A DNA stretch of 64,000 nt from an uncultured Gemmatimonadaceae bacterium. Its GTDB lineage: Bacteria > Gemmatimonadota > Gemmatimonadetes > Gemmatimonadales > Gemmatimonadaceae. The stretch covers positions 2,112,001-2,176,000 of the forward strand of contig CAVXGK010000002.1 in assembly GCA_963761305.1 (NCBI GenBank). The letters are read 5' to 3'. Shown piece by piece: positions 1 to 9,420 of this stretch; position 1 is the first letter of the stretch, and the number at the start of each line of letters is the position of its first letter. A program made the translations under genes and the position numbers. The notes under the pieces were generated by a model that worked only from the letters and a program-made list of their open reading frames with translations, ran no database searches and was not told the DNA's origin.

Positions 1-492
1 GGCGCGATGCCGGATCAACGGGCAGGGCTGGTCGTGCTCTTCGCCATCGGCGTCTTCATCGCGCAGCGTGTGAACAAGCTGCCGGTGGTGATCGCGTTTC
101 TCGGCACGTACTACGCGTTGTTCACCGTGGCCGCGTTTGCGGGCAACCCGCTCCACGTCGCGGAGATCTATCGCGCGCCGGACCTGCAGATGGCGCTGTT
201 CTTCGCTTTCTTCATGGTGAGCGATCCGCCGACTTCGCCGCCGAAAAACCGCGACCAGATGGTGTACGGAGTGATCGTGGGCGTGATGAGTTTCGCAGCC
301 TTCGAGGCGGTCGGTGCCGCCTATTTCCTGCTCGCGGGCCTTCTCGCCGGGAACGTTTGGCAAGCGTGGCGGCGCTGGAGAACACTGCGTCTCCTGTCTC
401 CTCGGCGACATCGCGATATCGCGCCATCGACCGCAGAACCGCTCTTGCACGAAATCGCAATGGTCGAGCTGGCTCTCGAGAGGCACACATAG
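1..492 (+). CDS. RnfD/NqrB-like membrane protein, C-terminal part (gene likely starts left of window)
   Basis: Hydrophobic ORF with FFAFFMVSDPPTSP, the FxxxDPxTSP motif of the NQR2/RnfD family; frame is open to position 1. Confidence 0.6.
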   Translation, partial: GAMPDQRAGLVVLFAIGVFIAQRVNKLPVVIAFLGTYYALFTVAAFAGNPLHVAEIYRAPDLQMALFFAFFMVSDPPTSPPKNRDQMVYGVIVGVMSFAAFEAVGAAYFLLAGLLAGNVWQAWRRWRTLRLLSPRRHRDIAPSTAEPLLHEIAMVELALERHT

Positions 493-617
493 GACGAGTG
501 TGTCCCTGGTGACGACAGTCACGAGACGCGCCTCCGCGCCTTAAGAATCGATGGCCGTGCCAGGGTCACAAGTCTGCTGTGGCCGTTCTGGTATCGATCC
601 TGCCCAATAGCGGCGGC

Positions 618-3401
618 ATGAATTCATTCACACGGGCTTTTGTCTCGAGCGCGATCGTTGGCGTATCGTGGGTCACTCTCGCCGGCCCGCGCGCGGCGAT
701 CGGGCAGCAGCCGGTGGTTCGGCAAATTCCAAACGCCCAAATGGACAGTGAACGCGCCGCGGTGGCGCGCGCGGAGACCGTTTCCGCGGTTGCGAGCACG
801 AAGTACGGGGCGGGGGCGTTTCATCGATGGTTCGCCGGCGATGGGTATCGCGATCTCTGGGCGACGAGCGTTCGCGTGCCCGTGTTGGACTTACACACGT
901 TCTCCGGCGGCGTTCACCCCACCAAAGAAGGGGGCGGGGCGCAGACGAAGAACCTCCACCTGGAGACGAGCACCGGAGAGGAGTTTGTATTTCGTTTGGT
1001 CGACAAGGGCGCAACCGGCGCTCCGCCCGAGCTGAAGAGCACGCCGGTCAACTGGCCGTTTCAGGACGGCGTGAGCGCCATGAATCCGGGAGCAGCCGAG
1101 CTGACGGCGCCGATTCTCACCGCCACGGGCGTGTTGCATCCGACGCCGGTGTTGATGTGGATGCCCGACGATCCGACCTTGGGAAAATTCCGGGGCGACT
1201 TTGCGAACAAGCTCGGAATGATCGAGGAGTTCCCCAACGTCCCGAAGGGCCCGCGCGAAGTCGCGGACGCGCTCGAGCGCGCAGCCACGAGTGAGGTGGC
1301 CGTCAAGAGCGAGAAAAGTGACAAGACAGAAAAGCCTGGAAAGAAGGAAGAAGAGAAAAAGCCGAAAGAAGCGGCCGGAAACCTCGTGACGGGTACATCG
1401 GGAGCGGCGGCCGACACCGTGGAGCGGTTGGGCTTTGCGGGAGCGTCGAAGATCATCGACACCCCCGAACTTTTGACGATGCTCAATGCGGACTCCAAGG
1501 AGCGCGCGGACGTACCGGCGTTTCTGATGGCGCGGCTCTCGGATTTCCTGATCAACGACAACGATCGCGGCACGGTCGATCAATGGAAGTGGGCACGACT
1601 CCCGTCAGGACCGAAGAATGAGTGGGAGCCGATCGCGCGCGACCGGGATCATGCATTCGTCTCGTATGACGGCTTCGAGACCGACGTCGGCCGAGTGGTC
1701 CGCGCTAGCCTCGTCCATTTCGACGCCAAGATCAACGTCGCCGGGCTGACGCAGCCGAACTACATGGACGAGCGGCTGTTCGCCGGTCTCGAGAAACCGG
1801 TGTGGGACTCTGTGGCCCGCGAGCTGAAGGCACGCGTCACGGATTCGGTGATCGTCGCCGCGACGCTCAACCTGCCGCCCGAGTATCGATCGATCGCGCC
1901 ACACACGATCGCGGTGCTCAAACAGCGGCGCGACGCCATTCCCGCCGCCGCCGACGAGTATTACAGAAGGCTCGCGGCGCGGGTCGAAGTCCACGGCACC
2001 GACGCCCCCGACTTGGCGACCATCCGGCGCACGTCTGACGGACCCGTGAGCGTGCGGCTCGAGTCCGGCGGAAAGCAGTACTTCTCGCGCACGTTCTATC
2101 CCGCCGAGACGCATGAGATTTTGGTGTATCTGCACGGGGGCAACGACACCGCGGTCGTCACCGGCCACTCGGCCAGCAGCATCCTCGTGCGCGTGATCGG
2201 CGGGAACGGCGACAATACGTTCGTCGATTCTTCGACTGTCGGTAGTTCGAGGCACCCCACGCGATTCTACGACGCCGGCCCGACGAGCGGCTTCGAGGAC
2301 GACACGCTCTTCGAGCGCTTGCCGTTGGAGCGACATAACGGACTGCTCGTCCAGCCGGTGCCGAACTACGGCGGCGGGGTCGGCGGATTCGTCGGCCTCA
2401 GCGACGACCGCACGATCGGCCTCGCGCCGCGCGTCGGCATCGCTCGATACGACTACGGATTCATGGACCGGCCCTACGCGTCGATGCTCAGACTCGACGT
2501 TCAATACGCGCCGTTTTGGAAAGGAGAGCAGGTCGCGTTCACCGCGGACCGCCGCTTCGAGTCGTCGCCGTTCCATACGATGTTCTACGGACGGATGTCC
2601 GACTTGCAGTCCGCGAACTTTCACGGATTCGGGAACGCGACGTCTGATTCGACTTTTCCCGATACGTACTTCGAGACGCACCAACGCCAATGGATGATGA
2701 ATCCGTCGGTCGGGCTCGCGTTTGGTTCGTGGACCGACGTCACGCTCGGTCCGGTTCTCCAGTACACCGCGACCGACAGCACGCGCAGTCCGTTCGTGAC
2801 GCAACAGCATCCGTACGGTTTTGGAAATTTCAGCGAAGCCGGGCTGTTGCTCGACGCGCGTTACGACCGGCAGGTCGATCGCTCGCAGCCGACCGTCGCC
2901 ACCAATCGCTTCCTCGCCGAAGCGAAGGGGGAGTACTTCCCCGCGGCGATGGACGTGCGCTCGACGTTCAGCGAAGCGTCGTTCGCGCTGGGTGCAGCGG
3001 TCACCCTCCCCATCCCGACGCATCCGATCCTGAACGCGCGAGCGGGTGCGAAGAAGCTTTGGGGTGATTTCCCGTATTTCGAAGCGGCGACGCTCGGCGG
3101 AATGGAGACCCTGCGCTTCATGGACACGCAGCGCTACGCGGGCGACGCGTCGCTCTATGGAACCTCGGAGCTGCTGATTCCGCTGGCCCATTTCAAGTTC
3201 TTGATCCCGGCACAGGCCGGAATCGCGGGCGACGCCGAGGCGGGTCGCGTTTACTTCGGCGGACAGTCACCGGACGGCTGGCATTCGGCGACCGCGGAGG
3301 GCATTTGGGTCGGCCGCACGTATGGATCGCAGACACTTACTCTGCTGCGAACGACAGAACCGGGTCATCAAATACAGCTCCGCTTGGGGCTGGGTTTCTG
3401 A
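618..3401 (+). CDS. Exported protein with C-terminal Omp85/BamA-type beta-barrel and N-terminal kinase-like region
   Basis: Signal peptide from ATG 618; barrel motif LRFMDTQRYAGDASLY; terminal LGLGF; N-terminal GGGAQT, DNDR..QWKWA and PIARDRD motifs. Confidence 0.7.
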   Translation: MNSFTRAFVSSAIVGVSWVTLAGPRAAIGQQPVVRQIPNAQMDSERAAVARAETVSAVASTKYGAGAFHRWFAGDGYRDLWATSVRVPVLDLHTFSGGVHPTKEGGGAQTKNLHLETSTGEEFVFRLVDKGATGAPPELKSTPVNWPFQDGVSAMNPGAAELTAPILTATGVLHPTPVLMWMPDDPTLGKFRGDFANKLGMIEEFPNVPKGPREVADALERAATSEVAVKSEKSDKTEKPGKKEEEKKPKEAAGNLVTGTSGAAADTVERLGFAGASKIIDTPELLTMLNADSKERADVPAFLMARLSDFLINDNDRGTVDQWKWARLPSGPKNEWEPIARDRDHAFVSYDGFETDVGRVVRASLVHFDAKINVAGLTQPNYMDERLFAGLEKPVWDSVARELKARVTDSVIVAATLNLPPEYRSIAPHTIAVLKQRRDAIPAAADEYYRRLAARVEVHGTDAPDLATIRRTSDGPVSVRLESGGKQYFSRTFYPAETHEILVYLHGGNDTAVVTGHSASSILVRVIGGNGDNTFVDSSTVGSSRHPTRFYDAGPTSGFEDDTLFERLPLERHNGLLVQPVPNYGGGVGGFVGLSDDRTIGLAPRVGIARYDYGFMDRPYASMLRLDVQYAPFWKGEQVAFTADRRFESSPFHTMFYGRMSDLQSANFHGFGNATSDSTFPDTYFETHQRQWMMNPSVGLAFGSWTDVTLGPVLQYTATDSTRSPFVTQQHPYGFGNFSEAGLLLDARYDRQVDRSQPTVATNRFLAEAKGEYFPAAMDVRSTFSEASFALGAAVTLPIPTHPILNARAGAKKLWGDFPYFEAATLGGMETLRFMDTQRYAGDASLYGTSELLIPLAHFKFLIPAQAGIAGDAEAGRVYFGGQSPDGWHSATAEGIWVGRTYGSQTLTLLRTTEPGHQIQLRLGLGF

Positions 3402-3440
3402 ACTGCTTCAGCGCAGAGACGCAGAGGACGCGGAGGACGG
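3401..3440. repeat. Family B dispersed repeat (AACTGCTTC-ACGCAGAGACGCAGAGG type), solo copy
   Basis: aactgcttcagcgcagagacgcagaggacgcggagg matches copies near 27060 and 43840. Confidence 0.7.
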
Positions 3441-3519
3441 CCGCGAAGGCAGGGGAGTTGCTAGAAGGTCTCATAGGCGGGCACACCCGCCGCACACCAT
3501 TTGAACAGGGAGTTCTACC

Positions 3520-3855
3520 ATGAAGAATCTGTCATTGTTGGTCACGGCGCTCGCCTTCGTCGGCGCTACGGCGGCTGCCCAAGAGCCTGGCTACAAGAGA
3601 GACATCCCCGATGATCTGGCCAAGCGCGCGAAGATCGACGAACCGACCGCGGCCGTAAGGGCGCACAAGCGCCTGCCCAAGGGGCACATCGACGCCGTGG
3701 TGCTCCAGAACGAAAAAGGACGACCGGTCTACCTCTACACCGTGCGGACGGACGGAAAGAGCGGGTTGGACGAGGTGCGGATCAACGGGCTGACCGGCGG
3801 TGTGATCGGCGTCCATCACCGAACCGAATCGGCCGGTGAGATGAAGAAGCCGTAA
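3520..3855 (+). CDS. PepSY-domain secreted protein
   Basis: GGAG RBS; signal peptide; AKIDEPTA..LPKGHID..LQNEKGRPVY..EVRINGLTGGVI fits PepSY. Confidence 0.75.
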   Translation: MKNLSLLVTALAFVGATAAAQEPGYKRDIPDDLAKRAKIDEPTAAVRAHKRLPKGHIDAVVLQNEKGRPVYLYTVRTDGKSGLDEVRINGLTGGVIGVHHRTESAGEMKKP

Positions 3856-3864
3856 CAAGGCCAA

Positions 3865-3894
3865 TCGCTCCCGTCACCGAGGCGACGGGAGCGA
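3865..3894. terminator. GC-rich hairpin between convergent genes
   Basis: tcgctcccgtc (3865-3875) pairs with gacgggagcga (3884-3894); no long U tract. Confidence 0.55.
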
Positions 3895-3904
3895 GCTGAG
3901 TATG

Positions 3905-5107
3905 CTATTTCGCCTGGGTCACCACGAGGGGTGCCGTCCACCGAAACGGTCCCCACTCGATGGAGAGCGTTCCGCGCCTGTCGTCGAGCCCGGCGATCGC
4001 GATCGTGAACTCCTCGACCGGCGCCTCCGTCGTCTCGGTCCGCAGATGCACGGTCCCGAGGTCGCGCGCGCCGTCGTACTCCGTGCCCCACTGGCCGCTC
4101 TGCTTGTTGACGATGAGATCCGCGGTCCCGTTCGCACGCGGCACCGTCCAGAGCGTGTACGTCCCGGCCGGAACGGCGAGTCCACCGAGCGTGATCGGCA
4201 CCGACGTCGTGAACTGCGTCGCCGCGTTCGCACCCGTGCGCCACACGTAGTCGAACGGCACGACGTCGCCGAGCAGTTTGCGCCCGCGGGCAAGCGGCCG
4301 GCCGTAGTCGACGGCGAAGGTCGCCGAGCCGATGGTCGCGCGCGCAGTATCGCGCACGCTCAACTGCTTCGCGCCGCCGTTCTTCGACTCGAGCGCTGCG
4401 AATCGCGTGGCGATCTCCTGAACATTTGCCTGTTCGCTCGAGCGCGTCACGTCGACCTTGTACGTCGTTCGAGCGCCGGAGTACGCGAGCAGCCGGTGGC
4501 TCGAGTCGAGCGTCGCCTGTCCGACGCCGGAGAGCCAGTCGTGCCACACTTCGGCCTTGTTGCCCGGCAAGCGTCGCACGGTGGCGTGCGCCAAGGGGAA
4601 CCGGTCGAACTCGCGGTCGATGTAGAACTGGCGCAGCCGCACCGTGTCGCCCGCCGGCGTCGGCGATGTCGACGGCTGCGCCAGCGCCGCCGCGAAGTAA
4701 CGCTCGTACATGCTGTACATCTGTGGCACGTGTGCGACGACGGGTTCGGGTCCGTGCGCGAACGCCCAGCGCGTGTTGGCCGTCGAATCCTGCTTGGTCA
4801 TGAGCACCGAATCGCGCGTCACGTCGATGACGACATGACGCTCGCGCTGCTTCGGCGCCTCACTCGGCGTGGTGATGTCCATGACGAGTCGGCGAATGCC
4901 GCCGTCGGGCGCGAGTGTGACGTCGGCGTGCCGCTCGCGCACGCGCGGGAATCGGTCGACGGCGTCGATGGTCAGCGTGTTCCCGCGGCGCAGGACGTTC
5001 TCGACGGAAATCGTGTCGTCGCCGAGTCGGGTGATGAATCCGTAGCGTTCGGCGGGCTGGCTCGAGCAGGCGGCGAGGGCGCAGCAGGCGAAGAGGAATC
5101 GTCTCAT
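3905..5107 (-). CDS. DUF2911-domain lipoprotein
   Basis: Lipobox LAAC after MRRFLF; C-terminal VDYGRP..RGR..WRTGANAAT..GTYTLWTVP..QWGTEY. Confidence 0.85.
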   Translation of the reverse strand: MRRFLFACCALAACSSQPAERYGFITRLGDDTISVENVLRRGNTLTIDAVDRFPRVRERHADVTLAPDGGIRRLVMDITTPSEAPKQRERHVVIDVTRDSVLMTKQDSTANTRWAFAHGPEPVVAHVPQMYSMYERYFAAALAQPSTSPTPAGDTVRLRQFYIDREFDRFPLAHATVRRLPGNKAEVWHDWLSGVGQATLDSSHRLLAYSGARTTYKVDVTRSSEQANVQEIATRFAALESKNGGAKQLSVRDTARATIGSATFAVDYGRPLARGRKLLGDVVPFDYVWRTGANAATQFTTSVPITLGGLAVPAGTYTLWTVPRANGTADLIVNKQSGQWGTEYDGARDLGTVHLRTETTEAPVEEFTIAIAGLDDRRGTLSIEWGPFRWTAPLVVTQAK

Positions 5108-5149
5108 GATCCCACGTTTCACCGACAGCCCGCGCCGCGCAAGACGGAT

Positions 5150-5184
5150 CGCGCTCAACGCGTGTAATGAATGCGTCAGGTATT
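5150..5184 (+). repeat. 35-bp direct repeat, copy 1
   Basis: cgcgctcaacgcgtgtaatgaatgcgtcaggtatt; 32/35 identical to 6525-6559. Confidence 0.85.
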
Positions 5185-5248
5185 GGTGGCCGGAGACATC
5201 CTAGTCGCGCTTCGACAGCCGACAATGCGAGCGCGTTGCACTCACGAT

Positions 5249-5683
5249 CTATCCGCTGTTCACGGTCGCCGTAATCGTGACCGAAGCACCGTTCACGATC
5301 TCCGCCCGTAAGGAAACCGCGCCGACCGTCGGGCCCATCGTCCAAATGACTGATGCGTTTCCGTTGTCATCGGTCCGGCTGGTCACTGCGCTGACTGATC
5401 CACCCCCGGTCAACACCGTCCAATCGACCACGGCATTCGTGAGCGATGTACCACTCTGATCCGAGACGTGGACGACGATCGGCAGAGCGAGCGGCTGGCC
5501 GACCAGACCGACCTGTCCGTTGCCCGAGTTCACGGTGATGCTCGTCGCGACCGGAACCACCACCACGTTGGTCAGCAGGTCGTTGTGGTCGTCGCTGCAG
5601 GCTGCGGCGCTCAGCACGAGCGCGCCGCCCAGGGCCGGCACAAGCCACCGCCTGTAAAGAGAGATACCTTGCTGCTTGTTCAC
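5249..5683 (-). CDS. Lipoprotein with bacterial Ig-like (Big_1-type) domain
   Basis: GTG start with GGAG RBS; lipobox AAAC; SGNGQVG.VGQPL..P..V.V.D and TDDNGNASVIWTMG motifs. Confidence 0.75.
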   Translation of the reverse strand: MNKQQGISLYRRWLVPALGGALVLSAAACSDDHNDLLTNVVVVPVATSITVNSGNGQVGLVGQPLALPIVVHVSDQSGTSLTNAVVDWTVLTGGGSVSAVTSRTDDNGNASVIWTMGPTVGAVSLRAEIVNGASVTITATVNSG

Positions 5684-5844
5684 GACTTCTCCGCAACGCC
5701 GATGAGGTAGTTCTTGGCTTCTGCACGTCGCGCTCCATTGGCCTCGGACCGCGAATTGCCGTCGCTCCTTCTTCGGTAGCCGCATGGCCACCCGCCGCGC
5801 CCGGCTCGTCGGTACCAAGCGGTGTCAGCGTCCGGTAGGAGGTC

Positions 5845-6507
5845 ATGATGTTCCGCCCGTCTCATGTCGCCGTCGGCGTGCTGGTACTGATGGCCGCCGC
5901 CTGTGGTGACGCCGACAACGTCGTACATACGCTCGACGTCGTCACCGTTCGCCTCGTGAACGACACGGACACGCCGCTCTCGGTCTTGAGCGGTGCCATC
6001 GTTCCCCCGGCGAATGCGCGGCTCGCGTTCGGTGACGCAACCGGCTGCTTGCTCATCGATCTGTCCAACGTGCCGGCGCTAGCCGTTACGAACGCCACGA
6101 CCGGGGCGACGATCGTCTTCACGCCGACCCTCGTACCTGGAGCGAACCTGACAGTCGTCGCCTTCGCCGATACGTCCGGCAACGTTCAGTTCGCGGCACT
6201 GAGCAATTCTTTCGTGACGATCGCGAACACGGCCGGATTGCGTTTCTTCAACGGTGTGGCGACCACGGGCCCGCTCAACATGGCGCGCAATGGCGCCGCT
6301 CTGACACCGTTGGTCTCGTTCGGCGCGGCGAGCGGTTTCGTGAGCGTGCCGACCGATTCCGGGTCGATCACGTTCTCGAACCAATCGTCGGTCGTCCTCG
6401 ACGCCGGGTTGCTGACGTTCCCGCAGGGTCAGAACTCGACCGTGGTGCTCGGGGCGCCCGCCCCCAATACCGTTCCTCCTCGTTTCTTCACGGTGCGGGG
6501 CTGCTGA
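5845..6507 (+). CDS. DUF4397-like lipoprotein
   Basis: AGGAGG RBS; lipobox AAAC; two repeats beginning VRLVN and LRFFNG. Confidence 0.65.
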   Translation: MMFRPSHVAVGVLVLMAAACGDADNVVHTLDVVTVRLVNDTDTPLSVLSGAIVPPANARLAFGDATGCLLIDLSNVPALAVTNATTGATIVFTPTLVPGANLTVVAFADTSGNVQFAALSNSFVTIANTAGLRFFNGVATTGPLNMARNGAALTPLVSFGAASGFVSVPTDSGSITFSNQSSVVLDAGLLTFPQGQNSTVVLGAPAPNTVPPRFFTVRGC

Positions 6508-6524
6508 AGCGGCTGGCAACAGCG

Positions 6525-6559
6525 CGCGCTCAACGACTGCAATGAATGCGTCAGGTATT
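6525..6559 (+). repeat. 35-bp direct repeat, copy 2
   Basis: cgcgctcaacgactgcaatgaatgcgtcaggtatt. Confidence 0.85.
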
Positions 6560-6628
6560 TGGCCGCCGGCGGTAGATTCATCGGGCGTGCAATGCCCAGA
6601 TGACGTCCTCCGGGAGGGAGATCCTACT

Positions 6629-7012
6629 ATGGACGACATGGGAACGTTCAGAACCGATGTCGAAATCGAGAATCCCGCCAAACCCGGAGCACGCCGAACC
6701 ATCGCCAACGCGCTCGTCGACACGGGTGCGGAGCTGTCGTGGTTTCCTCGCACGGTTCTCGAGGAGCTCGGTGTCGAGCGACTCAAGCTCTGGCACTTCA
6801 GGCAGGCCGACGGAACGGTCCTGGCTCGATGGACGGGTGCTGTCCGTCTGGGTGTCGCAGGCGTTTGGACTGTCGACGAAGTCGTATTCGGCGAGGCGCG
6901 GGATCTCGTATTGCTTGGAGCGAGGTCGCTCGAGGGATTGAACCTGCGCGTAGAGCCAGCGACGAAGCGTCTAGTGGACGCCGGACCCGCGCCCGCTGCG
7001 GCCGCGGCATGA
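6629..7012 (+). CDS. Clan AA (retropepsin-like) aspartic protease
   Basis: ALVDTGA catalytic motif; ADG flap; LLGARSLEGL; GGAG RBS. Confidence 0.85.
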   Translation: MDDMGTFRTDVEIENPAKPGARRTIANALVDTGAELSWFPRTVLEELGVERLKLWHFRQADGTVLARWTGAVRLGVAGVWTVDEVVFGEARDLVLLGARSLEGLNLRVEPATKRLVDAGPAPAAAAA

Positions 7013-8338
7013 CGCGCAACGTCGAGGATGGCGCCGGACGGCCCGAAGGTTCCGAAAAAAATCCCGGCGACGGCTCGAGACGAACGAGCGTTCGTAGATT
7101 CTGACCATCAGGTCTCGAAAGCCGCGTTCCAATTCGTCCACCGTCATCCGTTCGGGAACGAAGTTCACGTCGAACAGCGTGCATCGCTCCCACGCGCCCG
7201 GTTCGATGATCCGCCCCTGCGCGAGGAGACGGTGGTAGAGCGGCGTACCGGGGAACGGCGTCATGACCGTGATCTGCACTTCGCACAACCCGGTTTCTTT
7301 AACGAACTCGTACACGGCATCGAACGATCCGGCGTCGGTGCCGTCGAGTCCCAGGACGAAGCACCCGTTGAGCGTGATCCCGGCTCCTTGGATCGCGTCG
7401 ACGGCCCTCCGATATTCATCCAGCCGTTTGCGCTTCCAGTTCGAGCGATGCTCCAGTCCGTCGAGCGCGGACGCTTGCGGGCTCTCGAAGCCGACGAGAA
7501 TCTGCGCGCACCCGCTCGCCTTCATGGCCCGAAGCAGTTCGGGGTCGCGAGCGACGGAAACGTCGGACTCCGTGAACCATTTGAGGCCGAGTGGACGGAG
7601 CGCCTCCACGAGCGCGCGACCGTGGCGCTTGTCGGCGAACGTGTTGTCGTCGGCGAACTCGAGGAACGGCTCGGGCCAGATGCCGCGGATCGCCTCGATC
7701 TCGGCGAGAATCTTCGACACGGGCTTCGCACGGTAGCCTGGGCGCAATCGGATGGATGCCGCGCAGAACTCGCAGTTGAACGGGCAGCCTCGCTGCGTCT
7801 GCACGGTGAGGCGGTTGTAGCGAGATGGGTCCAGAAGGTCGAAGCGCGGCATTGGCGCCAAGGACAGATCGAACGCGCCGGGGCGCGCCTGGTAGCGCGG
7901 CTTCACCTGACCGGCGCGGAGATCCCGGATGACCTCCGGCCAGACCGGCTCCGCCTCACCGATGACGATTCCGTCGGCGTGGTGAGCAGCTTCGTCGGGC
8001 ACGAGCGTCACATGGAGACCGCCAAGGATGACCGTCACACCCGCCGCGCGATAGCGGTCCGCGAGCGCGTAGGCATCCTTGATCATCGCGGTGAAGCTGG
8101 AGATTGCCACCGCGTCGAAGCCGCCGTGTAGCGGCGCGGCCAGGTCCAGGTCCGCCACCTCGATGTATTCGACTTCGATGTCCGGCAGCGTCATGCCCGC
8201 GAGCGTGAGAAGCCCGAGACTGGGCAATGACGCGATCACTTTGCTGCGCTCGACGAATCCGGGCAGGTTGAGTCCCAACTTCAGCAACTCCTCGCTGTGG
8301 ACCCGGACACCGCTCATGGCGATAAATCCGATCTTCAT
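6971..8338 (-). CDS. B12-binding radical SAM protein
   Basis: RGCPFNCEFC CxxxCxxC motif; N-terminal PSLGLLTLAG..GGLHVT; FADDN, GFES and PFPGT motifs. Confidence 0.92.
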   Translation of the reverse strand: MKIGFIAMSGVRVHSEELLKLGLNLPGFVERSKVIASLPSLGLLTLAGMTLPDIEVEYIEVADLDLAAPLHGGFDAVAISSFTAMIKDAYALADRYRAAGVTVILGGLHVTLVPDEAAHHADGIVIGEAEPVWPEVIRDLRAGQVKPRYQARPGAFDLSLAPMPRFDLLDPSRYNRLTVQTQRGCPFNCEFCAASIRLRPGYRAKPVSKILAEIEAIRGIWPEPFLEFADDNTFADKRHGRALVEALRPLGLKWFTESDVSVARDPELLRAMKASGCAQILVGFESPQASALDGLEHRSNWKRKRLDEYRRAVDAIQGAGITLNGCFVLGLDGTDAGSFDAVYEFVKETGLCEVQITVMTPFPGTPLYHRLLAQGRIIEPGAWERCTLFDVNFVPERMTVDELERGFRDLMVRIYERSFVSSRRRDFFRNLRAVRRHPRRCASCRGRSGRGSGVH

Positions 8339-8358
8339 GGTGCGTTCCTCGCCGCGGG

Positions 8359-8751
8359 TCAGTTGGTGACGACGCCCGCAAGCGTCGCCACGATGCCGGT
8401 GAACACGCCGACCACAGGGAGGGCAAAGAGGTGTCGGAACGAGGGTCGCCAGGCGGCGAGGAAGCAGCAGGTGGGCATGGCCACGGCCGCCACGATCAGC
8501 GCACCTGCGGCGAGCGACGCCGCCCGGTCCGGCAGCGGCATCAGCTGATTGGTGAAGGCGAGGAGGAGGTTGAGGAAACCGAGTCCGAAGAACGAGATGT
8601 GCCCAAGCCGCGCGAGGCGGCGGCGGAAGCTCGCGTAGCCACCCATCCAGTTCTCTCTATGGAAGAACAGCCCAAGGACCGCTCCCGAGACTACGCCGGC
8701 GAGCATGCCGCTCCACCCCGTAACGAGCATGGCGCGCGTGATCGAATTCAT
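8359..8751 (-). CDS. Small four-TM membrane protein, probably co-transcribed with the radical SAM gene
   Basis: GGAGG RBS; hydrophobic helices; GGY..RRRLARLGH motif. Confidence 0.7.
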   Translation of the reverse strand: MNSITRAMLVTGWSGMLAGVVSGAVLGLFFHRENWMGGYASFRRRLARLGHISFFGLGFLNLLLAFTNQLMPLPDRAASLAAGALIVAAVAMPTCCFLAAWRPSFRHLFALPVVGVFTGIVATLAGVVTN

Positions 8752-8988
8752 GTGTCCTCCCCCTTCCCCTTTGGGCGCTTTCGCGGCCGTTCCTGGCGAA
8801 CCGGTGGTCCGCGGATTCGCCGGAAAGGTTGTAGCGGGAAGAGGCCGCGCCCATGCGTCAGTTGACGTAGACGGAGGGGCCGCCGCGTTACCCTCACACC
8901 GGCCGCGGCGTAGCGAGCGCAACCGTCGGGGCAGGCAGGCACGTGCATTGCCTTCAGATGGAAGCGACTCTTTGCGGAGCTCCTGTCT

Positions 8989-9252
8989 ATGGATCTATTG
9001 ACCTGGTTGATCGTTGGACTGGTCGCCGGCGTGCTGGCGTCGCTGGTGATGGGTGGAACGGGCTACGGTCTCGTGGGCGACATCATCATCGGGATCGTCG
9101 GCGCGTTCATCGGCGGCTGGCTTCTCCGGGTGTTGGGGACCGGGGTCCCAGTCGGTGGACTCCCTGGCGTGATAATCGTGGCGTTCATCGGAGCGGTGGT
9201 GCTGTTGTTCATTCTCCGACTGGTGCGCAGCGCCGGGCGAACACGCGTCTGA
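8989..9252 (+). CDS. GlsB/YeaQ/YmgE (transglycosylase-associated) membrane protein
   Basis: WLIVGLVAGVLA..DIIIGIVGAFIGG..AFIGAVVLL. Confidence 0.92.
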   Translation: MDLLTWLIVGLVAGVLASLVMGGTGYGLVGDIIIGIVGAFIGGWLLRVLGTGVPVGGLPGVIIVAFIGAVVLLFILRLVRSAGRTRV

Positions 9253-9265
9253 CGGACTGGCATCG

Positions 9266-9293
9266 GCGCTCATGCCACATCTGGCATGAGCGC
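9266..9293. terminator. 12-bp perfect hairpin after the GlsB-family gene
   Basis: gcgctcatgcca-catc-tggcatgagcgc, between convergent genes. Confidence 0.55.
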
Positions 9294-9420
9294 TGAGCCC
9301 GAGTTGGTTCGTTGACAGAACCCAACGTCGCCCCTAAGCCCAGCCCTCGCGGTATTGGCGCGCGACGGCGTGTTCGTTGGCGGGCAGTCCGGTGGCGTGG
9401 CGTACACCGCGGAAGAAGAC

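Noticed and set aside
8752..8940. Riboswitch in the leader of the radical SAM operon
   Set aside because: GC-rich stems are present but no recognisable aptamer consensus
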